64,000 nt of DNA from an uncultured Planctomycetota bacterium (GTDB lineage Bacteria; Planctomycetota; Phycisphaerae; UBA1845; Fen-1342). Position numbers and translations under genes: made by a program. The stretch covers positions 32,471 through 96,470 of the forward strand of contig CAADGL010000004.1 of assembly GCA_900696525.1 (NCBI GenBank), in the 5' to 3' direction. The notes beneath the pieces were generated by a model that worked only from the letters and a program-made list of their open reading frames with translations, did no database searches and was not told the DNA's origin. This document shows positions 1-8,932 of the stretch, piece after piece. The stretch's first letter is position 1. Each line of letters opens with the position of its first letter.

Positions 1-2
1 TT

Positions 3-1223
3 GACCGGAACGCGCCGAACTTCATGGCGAACCAGCACGCGGCCGACTACCTGCGCAACATTGATTGCAGCATCAGGGCCTACACCTCGAACCCCGACCC
101 GCTGACGCGCTCGCCCGGGCAGTTCCTGGCGCAGTCGTTCTTCCTCGAGGGCTGCCAGGACGCGCCGCAGAGCGACGCCGACCCGATCATCTTCGACCCG
201 AACGCCCCTGGCTACGTCGTCAACACTTCGCTCCAGAACGACGTGATCGCCAACAACAACCTCGACTGCCCGCTGCTGACGAACCCCGGCACGGGGCTGA
301 TCGTTCCCGCCTACGGCGCGATCAACGTCGCCGGAAAGGTCCCCAACCGCAACGGAAACGGCGCCAACCTCGGCAACTACGTCTACGTCACGACGCCCGG
401 CGACCCCAACGCCCTCACGTCCATCGCCGCCGGCGGCAACCTCTCCTGCAAGAACCGCGTGACGGGCGACTTCGACCAGAACGGCGTGCGCGACGCCAAT
501 GACATCCCCCAGATGCTCACCGCGCTCGACAACCCCAACGGCTGGATGGCCGCGCGCGTCACCACCGGCGCTCCCGCCTGCAACGGCACCATGATCGTCG
601 ACGTGCCCATCCCGGACGTGATCGGCGACGTCGACGGCGACGGCCTGTTCACCGCCGACGACCTGCGATACTTCGCCGACGGTCACGCCATGGTCAACGG
701 CCAGCTCAACCGCAAGACCGGCTTCACGCTGATCGACGTGGCCAACGGCGGGGCGCACTTCAATCTGTTCGGCACGACGATCAACTCGCCCTGCGGCCCG
801 CGGCCGTACGTCGCCGGCGCCGCGCGCTTTGACGTGGCCGGCAATCAGACGCGCCCGGGTGCCGATCCGACGGGCTGGGACGGCGTGGTCGACCAGACCG
901 ACCTCCAGTACATCATCGCCAACTTCGGCGACTGGCAGAGCAGCCTCGATGTCGCCGCCGGCATGGACCTGAGCTGTGACATGAACGGCGACCTCAAGGT
1001 CGATCTGAACGACGTGGACGAGTTCCTGCGCGAGGCCTGGGGCTCGTGCGTCGGCGACCTGAACTGCGACGGGCTCATCGGCCAGTCCGACCTGGGCATC
1101 CTGCTGGCGAACTTCCAGATCGGCGTCGGCGGCTACCTCCAGGGCGACATCAACGGCGACGGGTTGATCAACCAGTCGGACCTGGGCATCCTGCTGGCGA
1201 AGTTCAACACGCCCTGCCCGTAG
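3..1223 (+). CDS. Secreted/cell-surface protein, probably 5'-truncated by the window edge, with C-terminal dockerin/EF-hand-like Ca-binding repeats
   Basis: The frame is open back to nt 3 and there is no signal peptide after the ATG at 24. The C-terminus carries repeated DxNxDGxIxxxDL motifs (DMNGDLKVDLNDVDEF, DLNCDGLIGQSDLGILLANF, DINGDGLINQSDLGILLAKF). Confidence 0.6.
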   Translation, partial: DRNAPNFMANQHAADYLRNIDCSIRAYTSNPDPLTRSPGQFLAQSFFLEGCQDAPQSDADPIIFDPNAPGYVVNTSLQNDVIANNNLDCPLLTNPGTGLIVPAYGAINVAGKVPNRNGNGANLGNYVYVTTPGDPNALTSIAAGGNLSCKNRVTGDFDQNGVRDANDIPQMLTALDNPNGWMAARVTTGAPACNGTMIVDVPIPDVIGDVDGDGLFTADDLRYFADGHAMVNGQLNRKTGFTLIDVANGGAHFNLFGTTINSPCGPRPYVAGAARFDVAGNQTRPGADPTGWDGVVDQTDLQYIIANFGDWQSSLDVAAGMDLSCDMNGDLKVDLNDVDEFLREAWGSCVGDLNCDGLIGQSDLGILLANFQIGVGGYLQGDINGDGLINQSDLGILLAKFNTPCP

Positions 1224-1358
1224 ACGGGCGGGGTGGGTGGCTCACCTGGCGCTTTGGCGGAGGCCGGCGCGCACCGCCGGCCTTCGCTTCGTCGATACGC
1301 AGGCGGGCCGCTCGGGGTTGACCCCCGGGCGGCCCGCGTCTGGTTCAGGGCGTTGCGG

Positions 1359-3419
1359 CTACTCGCGCTCCTTGGTGTCGCCGCGGGCGAAGATGCTGGC
1401 GACGTAGTTGAGCACGTCGGTGGCGCTGGCCTCGTTGTAGCCGAAGAACTTGATGAGCCGCTGCTTGACGACGTCGATCTTGGCCTGGGTCTCGTCGTCG
1501 ACGACGCCGGAGACGACGTTCTTGAGCTTGATGGTGTCGCGGCTGTCCTCGAAGAGCTTGAGTTCGAGCGCCTTGTGCAGCCGGGCGTTGGTGTGGTACT
1601 CGAACTTCTTGCCGTCGAGGGCCAGGGCGCCGATATAGTTCATGATCTCCTGGCGGAAGTCGTCTTTGCGGCTGTCGGGGATGTCGATCTTCTCCTCGAT
1701 GCTGCGCATCAGGCGCTCGTCTGGGGCTTCCTCGCGGCCGGTGAACTTGTTGCGGACCTTCTCGCGCTGGGTGTAGGCGCGGACGTTCTCGATGTAGTTG
1801 GCGCAGAGGCGGGTGATGGCGTCCTCGTCGGCGGAGATGGCCCGCTGCACCTCGCCCTTGAGGATGTCCTCGTATTCCTCGCGGACGACGCTGAGGAGCT
1901 CCTTGTAGCGTTTCTTCTGCTCCTCGTCGGTGATGAGCGAGTGGTGGCTCAGGCCGTTCTCGAGCTCGTTCATGACCATGAAGGGGTTGATCATGCGGTC
2001 CTGCTGGGCCTGCTCGCTGACGAGCGAGTTGCTGATCTTGTCCTGGATGTAGCGAGGGCTGATGCCTTGCATGCCCTCGCGCGGGGCCTCCTCGCGCAGC
2101 TCCTTGACCGAGTCCTCGGTGAAGCCCGGGATGCTGCGGCCGTCGTAGAGCTTGAGCTTCTGCACCAGCGACAGGCCGGCCTTCTTCGGCTCCTGCAAGC
2201 GCGTCAGCACCGCCCACATCGCCGCCATCTCGACCGTGTGCGGCGCGAGGTGGATCCCGCGGACGCGCTCCTTGCTGAAGTCCTTCTCGTAGATCTTGAT
2301 CTCGTCGCTCAGGCGCGTGTTGTACGGCACGTCGATCTTGATGGTGCGGTCGCGGAAAGCCTCCATCAGCTCGTTGCTCTGGAGCTTCTTGTACTCGGGC
2401 TCGTTCGTGTGACCCAGGATCACCTCGTCGATGTCCGTCTGCGCGAACTTCTTCGGCTTGATCGTGTGCTCCTGGCTCGCCCCCAGAAGGTCGTACAGGA
2501 ACGCCACGTCCAGCTTCAGCACCTCGATGAACTCGCAGATGCCGCGGTTCGCGATGTTCAGCTCCCCGTCGAAGTTGAACGCCCGCGGGTCGCTGTCGCT
2601 GCCGTACAAGGCGATCTTGCGGTAGTTGATGTCCCCAGTCAGCTCCGTCGAGTCCTGGTTCTTCTCGTCCTTCGGCTGGAAGGTCCCGATCCCCACCCGG
2701 TCCTTCTCGCTCAGCATCACCCGCCGAACCACCACGTGGTCCAGCACCTTGCGCCAGTTCCCCTCGTACTTCAGCAGCAGGTCCTCGAACGTCCGCCGGC
2801 AGAACGGGTCCAGCTCACCGTCGATGGCGACGCGCTGGTCCTCCGGAAGGTCGGCGTTGATCTGCGACAGGATCTCGGCGCGCGCCCGCAGCGGAATCAG
2901 CTTCAGCGGCTCCTCGTGCATCGGGCAGGGGAAGACCTCGCTGTTGCCCGCGTCGTCCGTCAGCTTCCACGAGAACGAGTACAACGCCCCCTCGTCCGTC
3001 GCCGAGTAGTGCTCCAGCCCCTTCTTCAGCAGCCGGGCGATCGTGCTCTTGCTGCTGCCCACCGGGCCGTGCAGCAGCAGAATGCGGCGGTCGGTGCCGT
3101 AGCCCTGGGCGGCGGACTTGAAGAAATCCACCAGGCGCATCAGCGCCCCGTCAAGGCCATAGATCGCGTCGGCCCCGTTGTCAAACGGATCATCGAAGAA
3201 GTTGTAGTGAACGTAGCTGTGCTTCAGGTACGTGTACCGCCGTGTGCCGAACGACAGGATCATGTCGTAGACGCGCTGGAACGCGTTGCGCACCAGCTTC
3301 GGGTTCTGGAGCACCATGTCCAGGTACTCCAGAAACGTGCCCTCCCAATGCTGCTGGCGGAACCTGTCGCGGTCCAGGTAGCGATCAACGATCGACAGCA
3401 CGCCTTCCCGTTTCGACAT
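1359..3419 (-). CDS. prkA: PrkA family serine protein kinase (AAA-type P-loop, YeaG-like)
   Basis: Residues from [15 protein letters not shown] onward match PrkA/YeaG over the full length, including [16 protein letters not shown] at 3419. The upstream 216 codons of the track ORF are Arg/Pro-rich junk. Confidence 0.9.
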   Translation of the reverse strand: MSKREGVLSIVDRYLDRDRFRQQHWEGTFLEYLDMVLQNPKLVRNAFQRVYDMILSFGTRRYTYLKHSYVHYNFFDDPFDNGADAIYGLDGALMRLVDFFKSAAQGYGTDRRILLLHGPVGSSKSTIARLLKKGLEHYSATDEGALYSFSWKLTDDAGNSEVFPCPMHEEPLKLIPLRARAEILSQINADLPEDQRVAIDGELDPFCRRTFEDLLLKYEGNWRKVLDHVVVRRVMLSEKDRVGIGTFQPKDEKNQDSTELTGDINYRKIALYGSDSDPRAFNFDGELNIANRGICEFIEVLKLDVAFLYDLLGASQEHTIKPKKFAQTDIDEVILGHTNEPEYKKLQSNELMEAFRDRTIKIDVPYNTRLSDEIKIYEKDFSKERVRGIHLAPHTVEMAAMWAVLTRLQEPKKAGLSLVQKLKLYDGRSIPGFTEDSVKELREEAPREGMQGISPRYIQDKISNSLVSEQAQQDRMINPFMVMNELENGLSHHSLITDEEQKKRYKELLSVVREEYEDILKGEVQRAISADEDAITRLCANYIENVRAYTQREKVRNKFTGREEAPDERLMRSIEEKIDIPDSRKDDFRQEIMNYIGALALDGKKFEYHTNARLHKALELKLFEDSRDTIKLKNVVSGVVDDETQAKIDVVKQRLIKFFGYNEASATDVLNYVASIFARGDTKERE

Positions 3420-3613
3420 ATCCCTGTCTCCCACCTCGTCGCCGGCCGCGCCGCGCCCGGCGACAGCGCCATCCTTCTCGTTTATTCCAGCGGCCGCGAG
3501 TTCGCGCCGCCGTCCGTCACCCGGCCGGCGCGCAGCGCCCGCCGACCGCCAACCCCCAGGGGATATTATCGACCGCTCCGCGACCGACCGCCAGAAATGC
3601 CGGCCGAGCGCTG

Positions 3614-4054
3614 TTACGGGCGGGCAACTGCCGTGCCGACCCGGGTGCTTCCGCAGCGAGGGCAGGCGCGGTCCCCGGCGTTCGGGTCCGGCACGAACGT
3701 GCGCTTGCAACTCAGGCAGAGCCACAACTCGTGGGCAGCCCGCTCCCGGCACCGCGAGCAGACCAGCGGAAACGCGTCTTGCGGGCCGACGCGGCGGGTT
3801 TCGGCGTACTCGCACCGCGCACAAAGCACGCGGACGGGGTAGCTGTTGGGCCCGACGCGGCCCTGCGCGGGCACGAGCGCCCAGGTGAAGGCGGCGGCGA
3901 GAACCGTCAGCCCTCCGCCCGCCAATCCGATCGCCAGGCGCCTGAGGCGTCGGCGCCGGGCGCGCACGCCGATCTCCATCTCCTCGCGACCCGCCCGCGA
4001 AAGGCTGGTCGGCTCGGGAAACCAGGGTCTGGGGCGATCGGGTCGCACGGCCAT
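3614..4054 (-). CDS. Hypothetical membrane-anchored zinc-ribbon protein
   Basis: One TM segment ([22 protein letters not shown]) followed by four CxxC pairs (CARC, CSRC, CLSC, CPRC). No family recognised. Confidence 0.45.
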   Translation of the reverse strand: MAVRPDRPRPWFPEPTSLSRAGREEMEIGVRARRRRLRRLAIGLAGGGLTVLAAAFTWALVPAQGRVGPNSYPVRVLCARCEYAETRRVGPQDAFPLVCSRCRERAAHELWLCLSCKRTFVPDPNAGDRACPRCGSTRVGTAVARP

Positions 4055-4298
4055 GGGAGTATATCACGGGGTCGTGGCGCCCGGTCTTGGAGGCGATGCG
4101 GCTAGTATCGCGGCGTCCGGGACCCGCGCGTGATGATTATCGGCTACTCGCGGCGGGGTGGCTGGACCGGGGGGCGGCGGCGGCGATGCCACGCGGGCTC
4201 GGGCACGGAACGCCGGGCGGGTATAATGCGCTCGATGGCTACGGTGCAGAACGGGCGCGCGGGAGGGAACCGAATGAGCGCGCGGACGCGGGCACGGC

Positions 4299-4865
4299 GT
4301 GCGCGGGAGCAAGGACGTGGAGACCTGGAAGGAATTCGACGCGAATATCGTGACGCACAGCGCGGCGCATCACCTGATGGCGATAGCGGACCTGCTGGCG
4401 AAGCTGGGCTACGCGCGCGTCTCGGACGTGGCGCGGGCCCTGAACATCACGCGCGGCAGCGTGTCGATCTCACTTCAGCCGTTGAAGAAGGCGGGCCTGG
4501 TCGTGCAGGATGAGAATCGCCATCTGCGGCTGTCGGCGCGTGGACAGGCGCTGGTGGAGGCGATCAAGACCAAGCGGCGCATCGTGGAGCGGTTCCTGGC
4601 TGGCGTGCTGGGCGTCGAGCCCGTTCAGGCCGAGATCGACGCCTGCAAGTTCGAGCACCTGCTGAGCGACGAATCGGCCCGGCGGCTGGTCTCGTTCCTG
4701 CGGTATTTCGATTCGGACCAGCGGCGGGCGCGGCACTTCCTGGAGGCCTGGCGCAGCTTCGACCAGGAGTGCGCCCACGAGCCGCATGCGTGCAGCACGT
4801 GCGAGGAGGGGTGCATGGCGGAGGCGCTTGAGAATCGCGGCCCGGCCCGCGGGGGGGCGCGATGA
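4299..4865 (+). CDS. DtxR/MntR-family metal-dependent transcriptional regulator
   Basis: Winged-helix N-terminus (VSDVARALNITRGSVSISLQPLKKAGLV) and a DtxR-like dimerisation/metal region. The start is uncertain (GTG 4299 or GTG 4317). The stop overlaps the next gene's ATG (ATGA). Confidence 0.8.
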   Translation: MRGSKDVETWKEFDANIVTHSAAHHLMAIADLLAKLGYARVSDVARALNITRGSVSISLQPLKKAGLVVQDENRHLRLSARGQALVEAIKTKRRIVERFLAGVLGVEPVQAEIDACKFEHLLSDESARRLVSFLRYFDSDQRRARHFLEAWRSFDQECAHEPHACSTCEEGCMAEALENRGPARGGAR

Positions 4866-5287
4866 GCCGCCTGACCACGCAGAACATCGTGATGGAGCTG
4901 AACCGCGCGTTTGCCGAGGAGGTCGAGGCGGCCACGCGCTACCTGCACCTGGCCAACGCGGTGCGCGGGCTGGATCGCCTGCTCGTCGAGCCGGTTCTGA
5001 AAGAGGCCTTCACGGAGACGATCCAGCACGCCGAGGTGCTTGCGCAGAAAATCCGGGCGCTGGGCGCCGTGCCGAAGCTCGAGATCAGCGTGCAGTGCCC
5101 GGCCGAGCCGCTGAGTGGGCGTGAGGCGCTGCGGCAGGCGCTGACCTTCGAGGAGGCGGCGCTCGAGTGTTATCAGGACATTCTCCGTCGCGTGGAGGGC
5201 GACGTGCCGCTCGAGGAGTTCATCCGCTCGCAGATCGCGGTCGAATCCGAGCACGTGGCCCAGCTCAAGGAGCTGCTTGACGAGTGA
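4862..5287 (+). CDS. Ferritin-like/DPS-like four-helix-bundle protein
   Basis: Ferritin-like pattern (ELNRAFAEEVEAATRYLHLA ... EEAALECYQDIL ... ESEHVAQLKELL). Translationally coupled to the DtxR-like gene. Confidence 0.7.
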   Translation: MSRLTTQNIVMELNRAFAEEVEAATRYLHLANAVRGLDRLLVEPVLKEAFTETIQHAEVLAQKIRALGAVPKLEISVQCPAEPLSGREALRQALTFEEAALECYQDILRRVEGDVPLEEFIRSQIAVESEHVAQLKELLDE

Positions 5288-5379
5288 CGCCGCCCGCCGA
5301 TGCCCGGTTCTGATGCCCGTGGGTCAAGGAGGAGGCTGCTCGTGGCCGATAGGGACTCACGGCATTCTCAGGCCGACCT

Positions 5380-6117
5380 ATGCTGCATCGCCTCGCCATT
5401 TCCGTGCTCGCGTCCCTGCTGCTGACGGGCTGCCTGCGCTTCGCGCCCGGCGGGGACCTGCCCGGCGGGGGTGACCCGAATCAGGCGCCCGCCGACAGCG
5501 ACAGCGACAGGGACGGTCTGACCGACGCCGACGAGCTGCGCCTGGGGACTGACCCGAACAACGCCGACAGCGACGGCGACGGCCTGAGCGACGGGCTCGA
5601 GGTCGGCCTGGGAACCAACCCGCTGAGCAGCGACACGGATGACGACGGGCTGAGCGACGGCGAGGAGCGCGGCCTCGGCACGGACCCGAAAGTCGCCAAC
5701 TTCGTCGGCACGGTAAGCGACGTGCTGTGTGCCGGGTTCGTCTCCGTGACGCCGGCGCAGGGCGAGCCGAAGGCGGTCGCCTTTGGCGCGACGGGCGCGG
5801 CGCGATTTGGGCAATGGAACAGCGGCGATCGCGTGGTGTATCACGGCGCCAGCCTGCTGAACATTACGCGCGGCGCGTCGGCCAGGGCCGAGCGCCTGGG
5901 CCAGGTGCAGCAGCAGGCGGCGATCTTCAGCTTCGCCGTCGGGCGGACGGTTCTGCTGCTTGACGATTCCACGTCGTGGGCGATCGACGCAGACGACCTG
6001 CTCATCTCGCAGGACTGGCGGGCGACCGACCCGGTTGTCGTGACCGCCGGCTCGGGCGGCGTGAACATCGTGATCAACGCGCCTCGTTGCGAACGCGTGC
6101 GCGCCAGTCCGCTGTGA
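5380..6117 (+). CDS. Lipoprotein with thrombospondin type-3-like calcium-binding repeats
   Basis: Signal peptide with lipobox LLLTGC. Repeated DSDxDGLxDxxE units (DSDRDGLTDADE, DSDGDGLSDGLE, DTDDDGLSDGEE). Confidence 0.7.
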   Translation: MLHRLAISVLASLLLTGCLRFAPGGDLPGGGDPNQAPADSDSDRDGLTDADELRLGTDPNNADSDGDGLSDGLEVGLGTNPLSSDTDDDGLSDGEERGLGTDPKVANFVGTVSDVLCAGFVSVTPAQGEPKAVAFGATGAARFGQWNSGDRVVYHGASLLNITRGASARAERLGQVQQQAAIFSFAVGRTVLLLDDSTSWAIDADDLLISQDWRATDPVVVTAGSGGVNIVINAPRCERVRASPL

Positions 6118-6373
6118 CACACGATTCAGTCCCTGTGCCCACAAACCTCGCGCTCAGAGCCGGGCTGTCCCCAGCCCGGAACAGCATCAGGAGCACACGC
6201 GTGCAACCCGACACGGCCGACACGGCAGTGGCGCACGACCCGTCATGCTGAGCGCAGCGAAGCACCCGGCTTCGGATCGAGAATCCGCCGAGTTCGCCGG
6301 AAGGTCTTTTCGGCCGCTGGGATAGCGGGCGGGGGGCTTACGCGGCCATCCCAGAACGGGGAGACGGAGGCGA

Positions 6374-6491
6374 CAGGAATGCAGATGCGATCGAACGCGA
6401 ACCGTAGGGCCTCGGTCGCAACCGCTTCCTCGCGGGCGCGGCTCGGATCATGGAAGACCCTCTTACGCGCGCGGCTCGGATCGGGTTCTGG
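6374..6491. repeat. Dispersed intergenic repeat element, copy A plus a partial second copy
   Basis: 6374-6452 is about 80 percent identical to 15554-15628 (core GCAACCGCTTCCT..GGCGCGGCTCGGATC). 6466-6491 repeats CGCGCGGCTCGGATCGGGTTCTGG. A GC hairpin, CCGGGCTG-N4-CAGCCCGG, lies nearby at 6160-6179. Confidence 0.8.
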
Positions 6492-6541
6492 ATCACCTCT
6501 GTCTCTGGATGGATGCAAGTCTCCGGACGGATGCCACTTCG

Positions 6542-7759
6542 TCAGAACGCCGACACGCCCGTGATCTCGCGTCCGACGATCAACTGGTGGATCGTCTCGG
6601 TGCCCTCGTAGGTGATGACGCTTTCGAGGTTGAGCATGTGCCGGATGGGGCAGCACTCGACGCTGATTCCACCGGCGCCGAGCAGGTCGCGGGCGTCGCG
6701 GGCGACGTCGAGCCCGAGGCGCACGTTGTTCCACTTGGCGAGCGAGACCTGGGCGTGGTGCATGGTTCCGGCGTCCTTCAGCCGGCCGAGCTGGAGCGCG
6801 AGGAGCTGGCCGGTGGTGATGCGGCGGAGCATGTCGGCGAGGCGCACCTGGATGGCCTGCTTGTGGATGAGCGGCTCTCCGAACAGCACGCGTTGCCGGG
6901 CAAAGGCGAGGGCCTCGCGATAGCAGGCGATGGCGGCGCCGACGCCGCCCCAGGCGATGCCGTAGCGCGCCTGGGTGAGGCAGCTCAGCGGCGCGCCGAG
7001 GCCCTCGGCGAGCGGGAGGCGGTTGGCTTCGGGGACGCGGACGTTGTCGAAGAACAGCTCCGAGGTGATGCTGGCGCGCAGGCTGAACTTGTGGTGAATG
7101 TCGCGGGTGGTGTATCCCGGCATGCCGCGCTCGACCAGGAAGCCTCGGACGCCCGCGTCGGTCATGGCCCAGACGATGGCGATGTCGGCGATCGTGCCAT
7201 TGGTGATCCACATTTTGGCGCCGCTGAGGACCCAGTCGCCGCCGGTCTTTCGGGCGGTGGTCTTCATGGCGCCGGGGTCGCTGCCGCCGTCGGGCTCGGT
7301 GAGGCCGAAGCAGCCGATCTTCTCGCCGCGGGCCATCGCGGGCAGCCACCGGCGCTTCTGCTCGTCGCTGCCGTAGCGGTGGATGGGGAACATGCACAGG
7401 CCGCTCTGGACGCTGGCGAAGCTGCGAACGCCGCTGTCGCCGCGCTCCAGCTCCTGCATGATGAGGCCGTAGGCGACGTTGCTGAGACCGGCGCAGCCGT
7501 AGTCTGAGAAGGTGGCGCCGAAGAGCCCGAGCCGGGCCATCTCGGGCACGAGCTCGCGAGGAAAGCGCTCGCGCTCGAAGCACTCGGCGATGATCGGCAG
7601 GACGCGCTCGTCGACGAAGCGCCCGACGGTCTCCTGCACCTGGCGCTCTTCTTCGGTCAGCAGGGCGCGCACCGCGTAGAAGTCGGGCGACGCCAGGTCG
7701 TGGCCGAGGCCGGGGGCCTGTTGCGAAGCGCGCTCCGGAGACGAATCGAGTTTCGGCAC
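6542..7759 (-). CDS. gcdH: Glutaryl-CoA dehydrogenase (acyl-CoA dehydrogenase family)
   Basis: Full-length similarity to GcdH-type ACADs (GCFGLTEPDGGSDPGAM, KMWITNG, YEGTETIHQLIVGREITG). GTG start at 7759. Confidence 0.9.
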   Translation of the reverse strand: MPKLDSSPERASQQAPGLGHDLASPDFYAVRALLTEEERQVQETVGRFVDERVLPIIAECFERERFPRELVPEMARLGLFGATFSDYGCAGLSNVAYGLIMQELERGDSGVRSFASVQSGLCMFPIHRYGSDEQKRRWLPAMARGEKIGCFGLTEPDGGSDPGAMKTTARKTGGDWVLSGAKMWITNGTIADIAIVWAMTDAGVRGFLVERGMPGYTTRDIHHKFSLRASITSELFFDNVRVPEANRLPLAEGLGAPLSCLTQARYGIAWGGVGAAIACYREALAFARQRVLFGEPLIHKQAIQVRLADMLRRITTGQLLALQLGRLKDAGTMHHAQVSLAKWNNVRLGLDVARDARDLLGAGGISVECCPIRHMLNLESVITYEGTETIHQLIVGREITGVSAF

Positions 7760-8032
7760 AGCAAGCCCCTCGCGCGCGGCGGGTCATGTGGAAACACGCC
7801 CGCGGTGCGTCCCGCGGGTGGGTTGTGATTCTAACGCCGCGACGGCGGCCAGGGAACCGAGCCGCGCTCCGGGCGGCAGCCCGGAAGCGGCTCGGGGGGC
7901 GGCACGGTCGCGCTGCGTCGCTCGCTGGCGGCGGCTGGCAGCCTCGCGGCGCAGCGCGATCCGGGCTGGGTCACCCGCGGGCGCCCGCGGCTCGCATTTT
8001 GGGCCGCGTCCGGCTCGGCGACTGGTTTGGGC

Positions 8033-8653
8033 TCAGGCGCCCTTGCGCGTGTAGGTGATCTCCATGGTCTTGCTCTCTTTGCCGGCCCGGGTCTCGTACC
8101 ACTCCATAATGTGCTTGTTCTTGTCGATGATGCGGATGACCTCGCGCGCCTTGACGGGCGACTGCTCCATGGGGCAATCGAACGTGCAATTGAAGGTGAA
8201 GCTCTTGGAGCCAGAATCGTAGGAGCCCTCAACGCTCAGCACGCAAGTGCCCATGTTGTCCACCCAGCTTCCGACGAACTTCTTCTTCAGGTTGTCGTAG
8301 CCGGTGATGCCGCGGCCCTCGAAGGGCTCGCCCATGAACTCGCCCTTGTGCGTGCTCTCGATGAAACGGCCGCCGAGGATCATTCGCGAGCTGCACGTGC
8401 CCTTGCCAACGGTCGGCTCGCCGCCGGGCTCCATCCACATCTTGGTGGCGACCTCCCACTCGCCGGCGAGGTAGTCCGAAAGGAGCTTGTGCTGCTCGCC
8501 CACGGCCCGCGCCTTCTCCCAGGCCTCCATCTGGGCCTTCTGCTCCGGGGTCATCTCCGGGGGCTGCTTACCGTGATCCTGGGCAAGCGACAACGCCGCG
8601 CCGAGGACAATGAGACTGACCGACAGACCCGCCAAGCGAATACGGCCATTCAT
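8033..8653 (-). CDS. DUF1579-like secreted protein
   Basis: Only the last 206 codons of the 1163-aa track ORF look real. Signal peptide MNGRIRLAGLSVSLIVLGAALSLA, then DUF1579-like GEWEV..KMWMEPGGEP..RMILGGRF..GITGYDN. ATG at 8653. Confidence 0.75.
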   Translation of the reverse strand: MNGRIRLAGLSVSLIVLGAALSLAQDHGKQPPEMTPEQKAQMEAWEKARAVGEQHKLLSDYLAGEWEVATKMWMEPGGEPTVGKGTCSSRMILGGRFIESTHKGEFMGEPFEGRGITGYDNLKKKFVGSWVDNMGTCVLSVEGSYDSGSKSFTFNCTFDCPMEQSPVKAREVIRIIDKNKHIMEWYETRAGKESKTMEITYTRKGA

Positions 8654-8932
8654 GATGATGCTCCGCGCAAAATAGGAGGGAAACGCCCGAGCCGGACACC
8701 CTGTCCGACCATTAACCGAACAAATGCTAGTCCGAGCCGGAGCGTTTGTCAACCCCTTTTCGGCCAGCCTGAGCCACCGGGGCTGCAACCGCTTCCGGTT
8801 GTGAGGCGGCGGCACCGTGCGAGCGGCGCGCGTTTCGTGTAATCTTGAGGGCATGGCACGGTCTGGATCTCGGCCGGCACGATGTGGCCAGGCGGCCGGG
8901 CCATTCGTACGCAACCGGAATGAGAAAGACGC

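Noticed and set aside
1233-3842. 869-aa ORF on the + strand
   Set aside because: It is antisense to the clearly homologous prkA gene. Its composition is Leu/Val/Ala/Asp/Arg-rich low-complexity sequence, typical of shadow ORFs in high-GC DNA.
3420-4067. N-terminal 216-codon extension of the prkA track ORF
   Set aside because: It is an Arg/Pro/Gly-rich non-protein-like sequence. PrkA homology begins at the ATG at 3419. The same region is better explained by the zinc-ribbon ORF in another frame.
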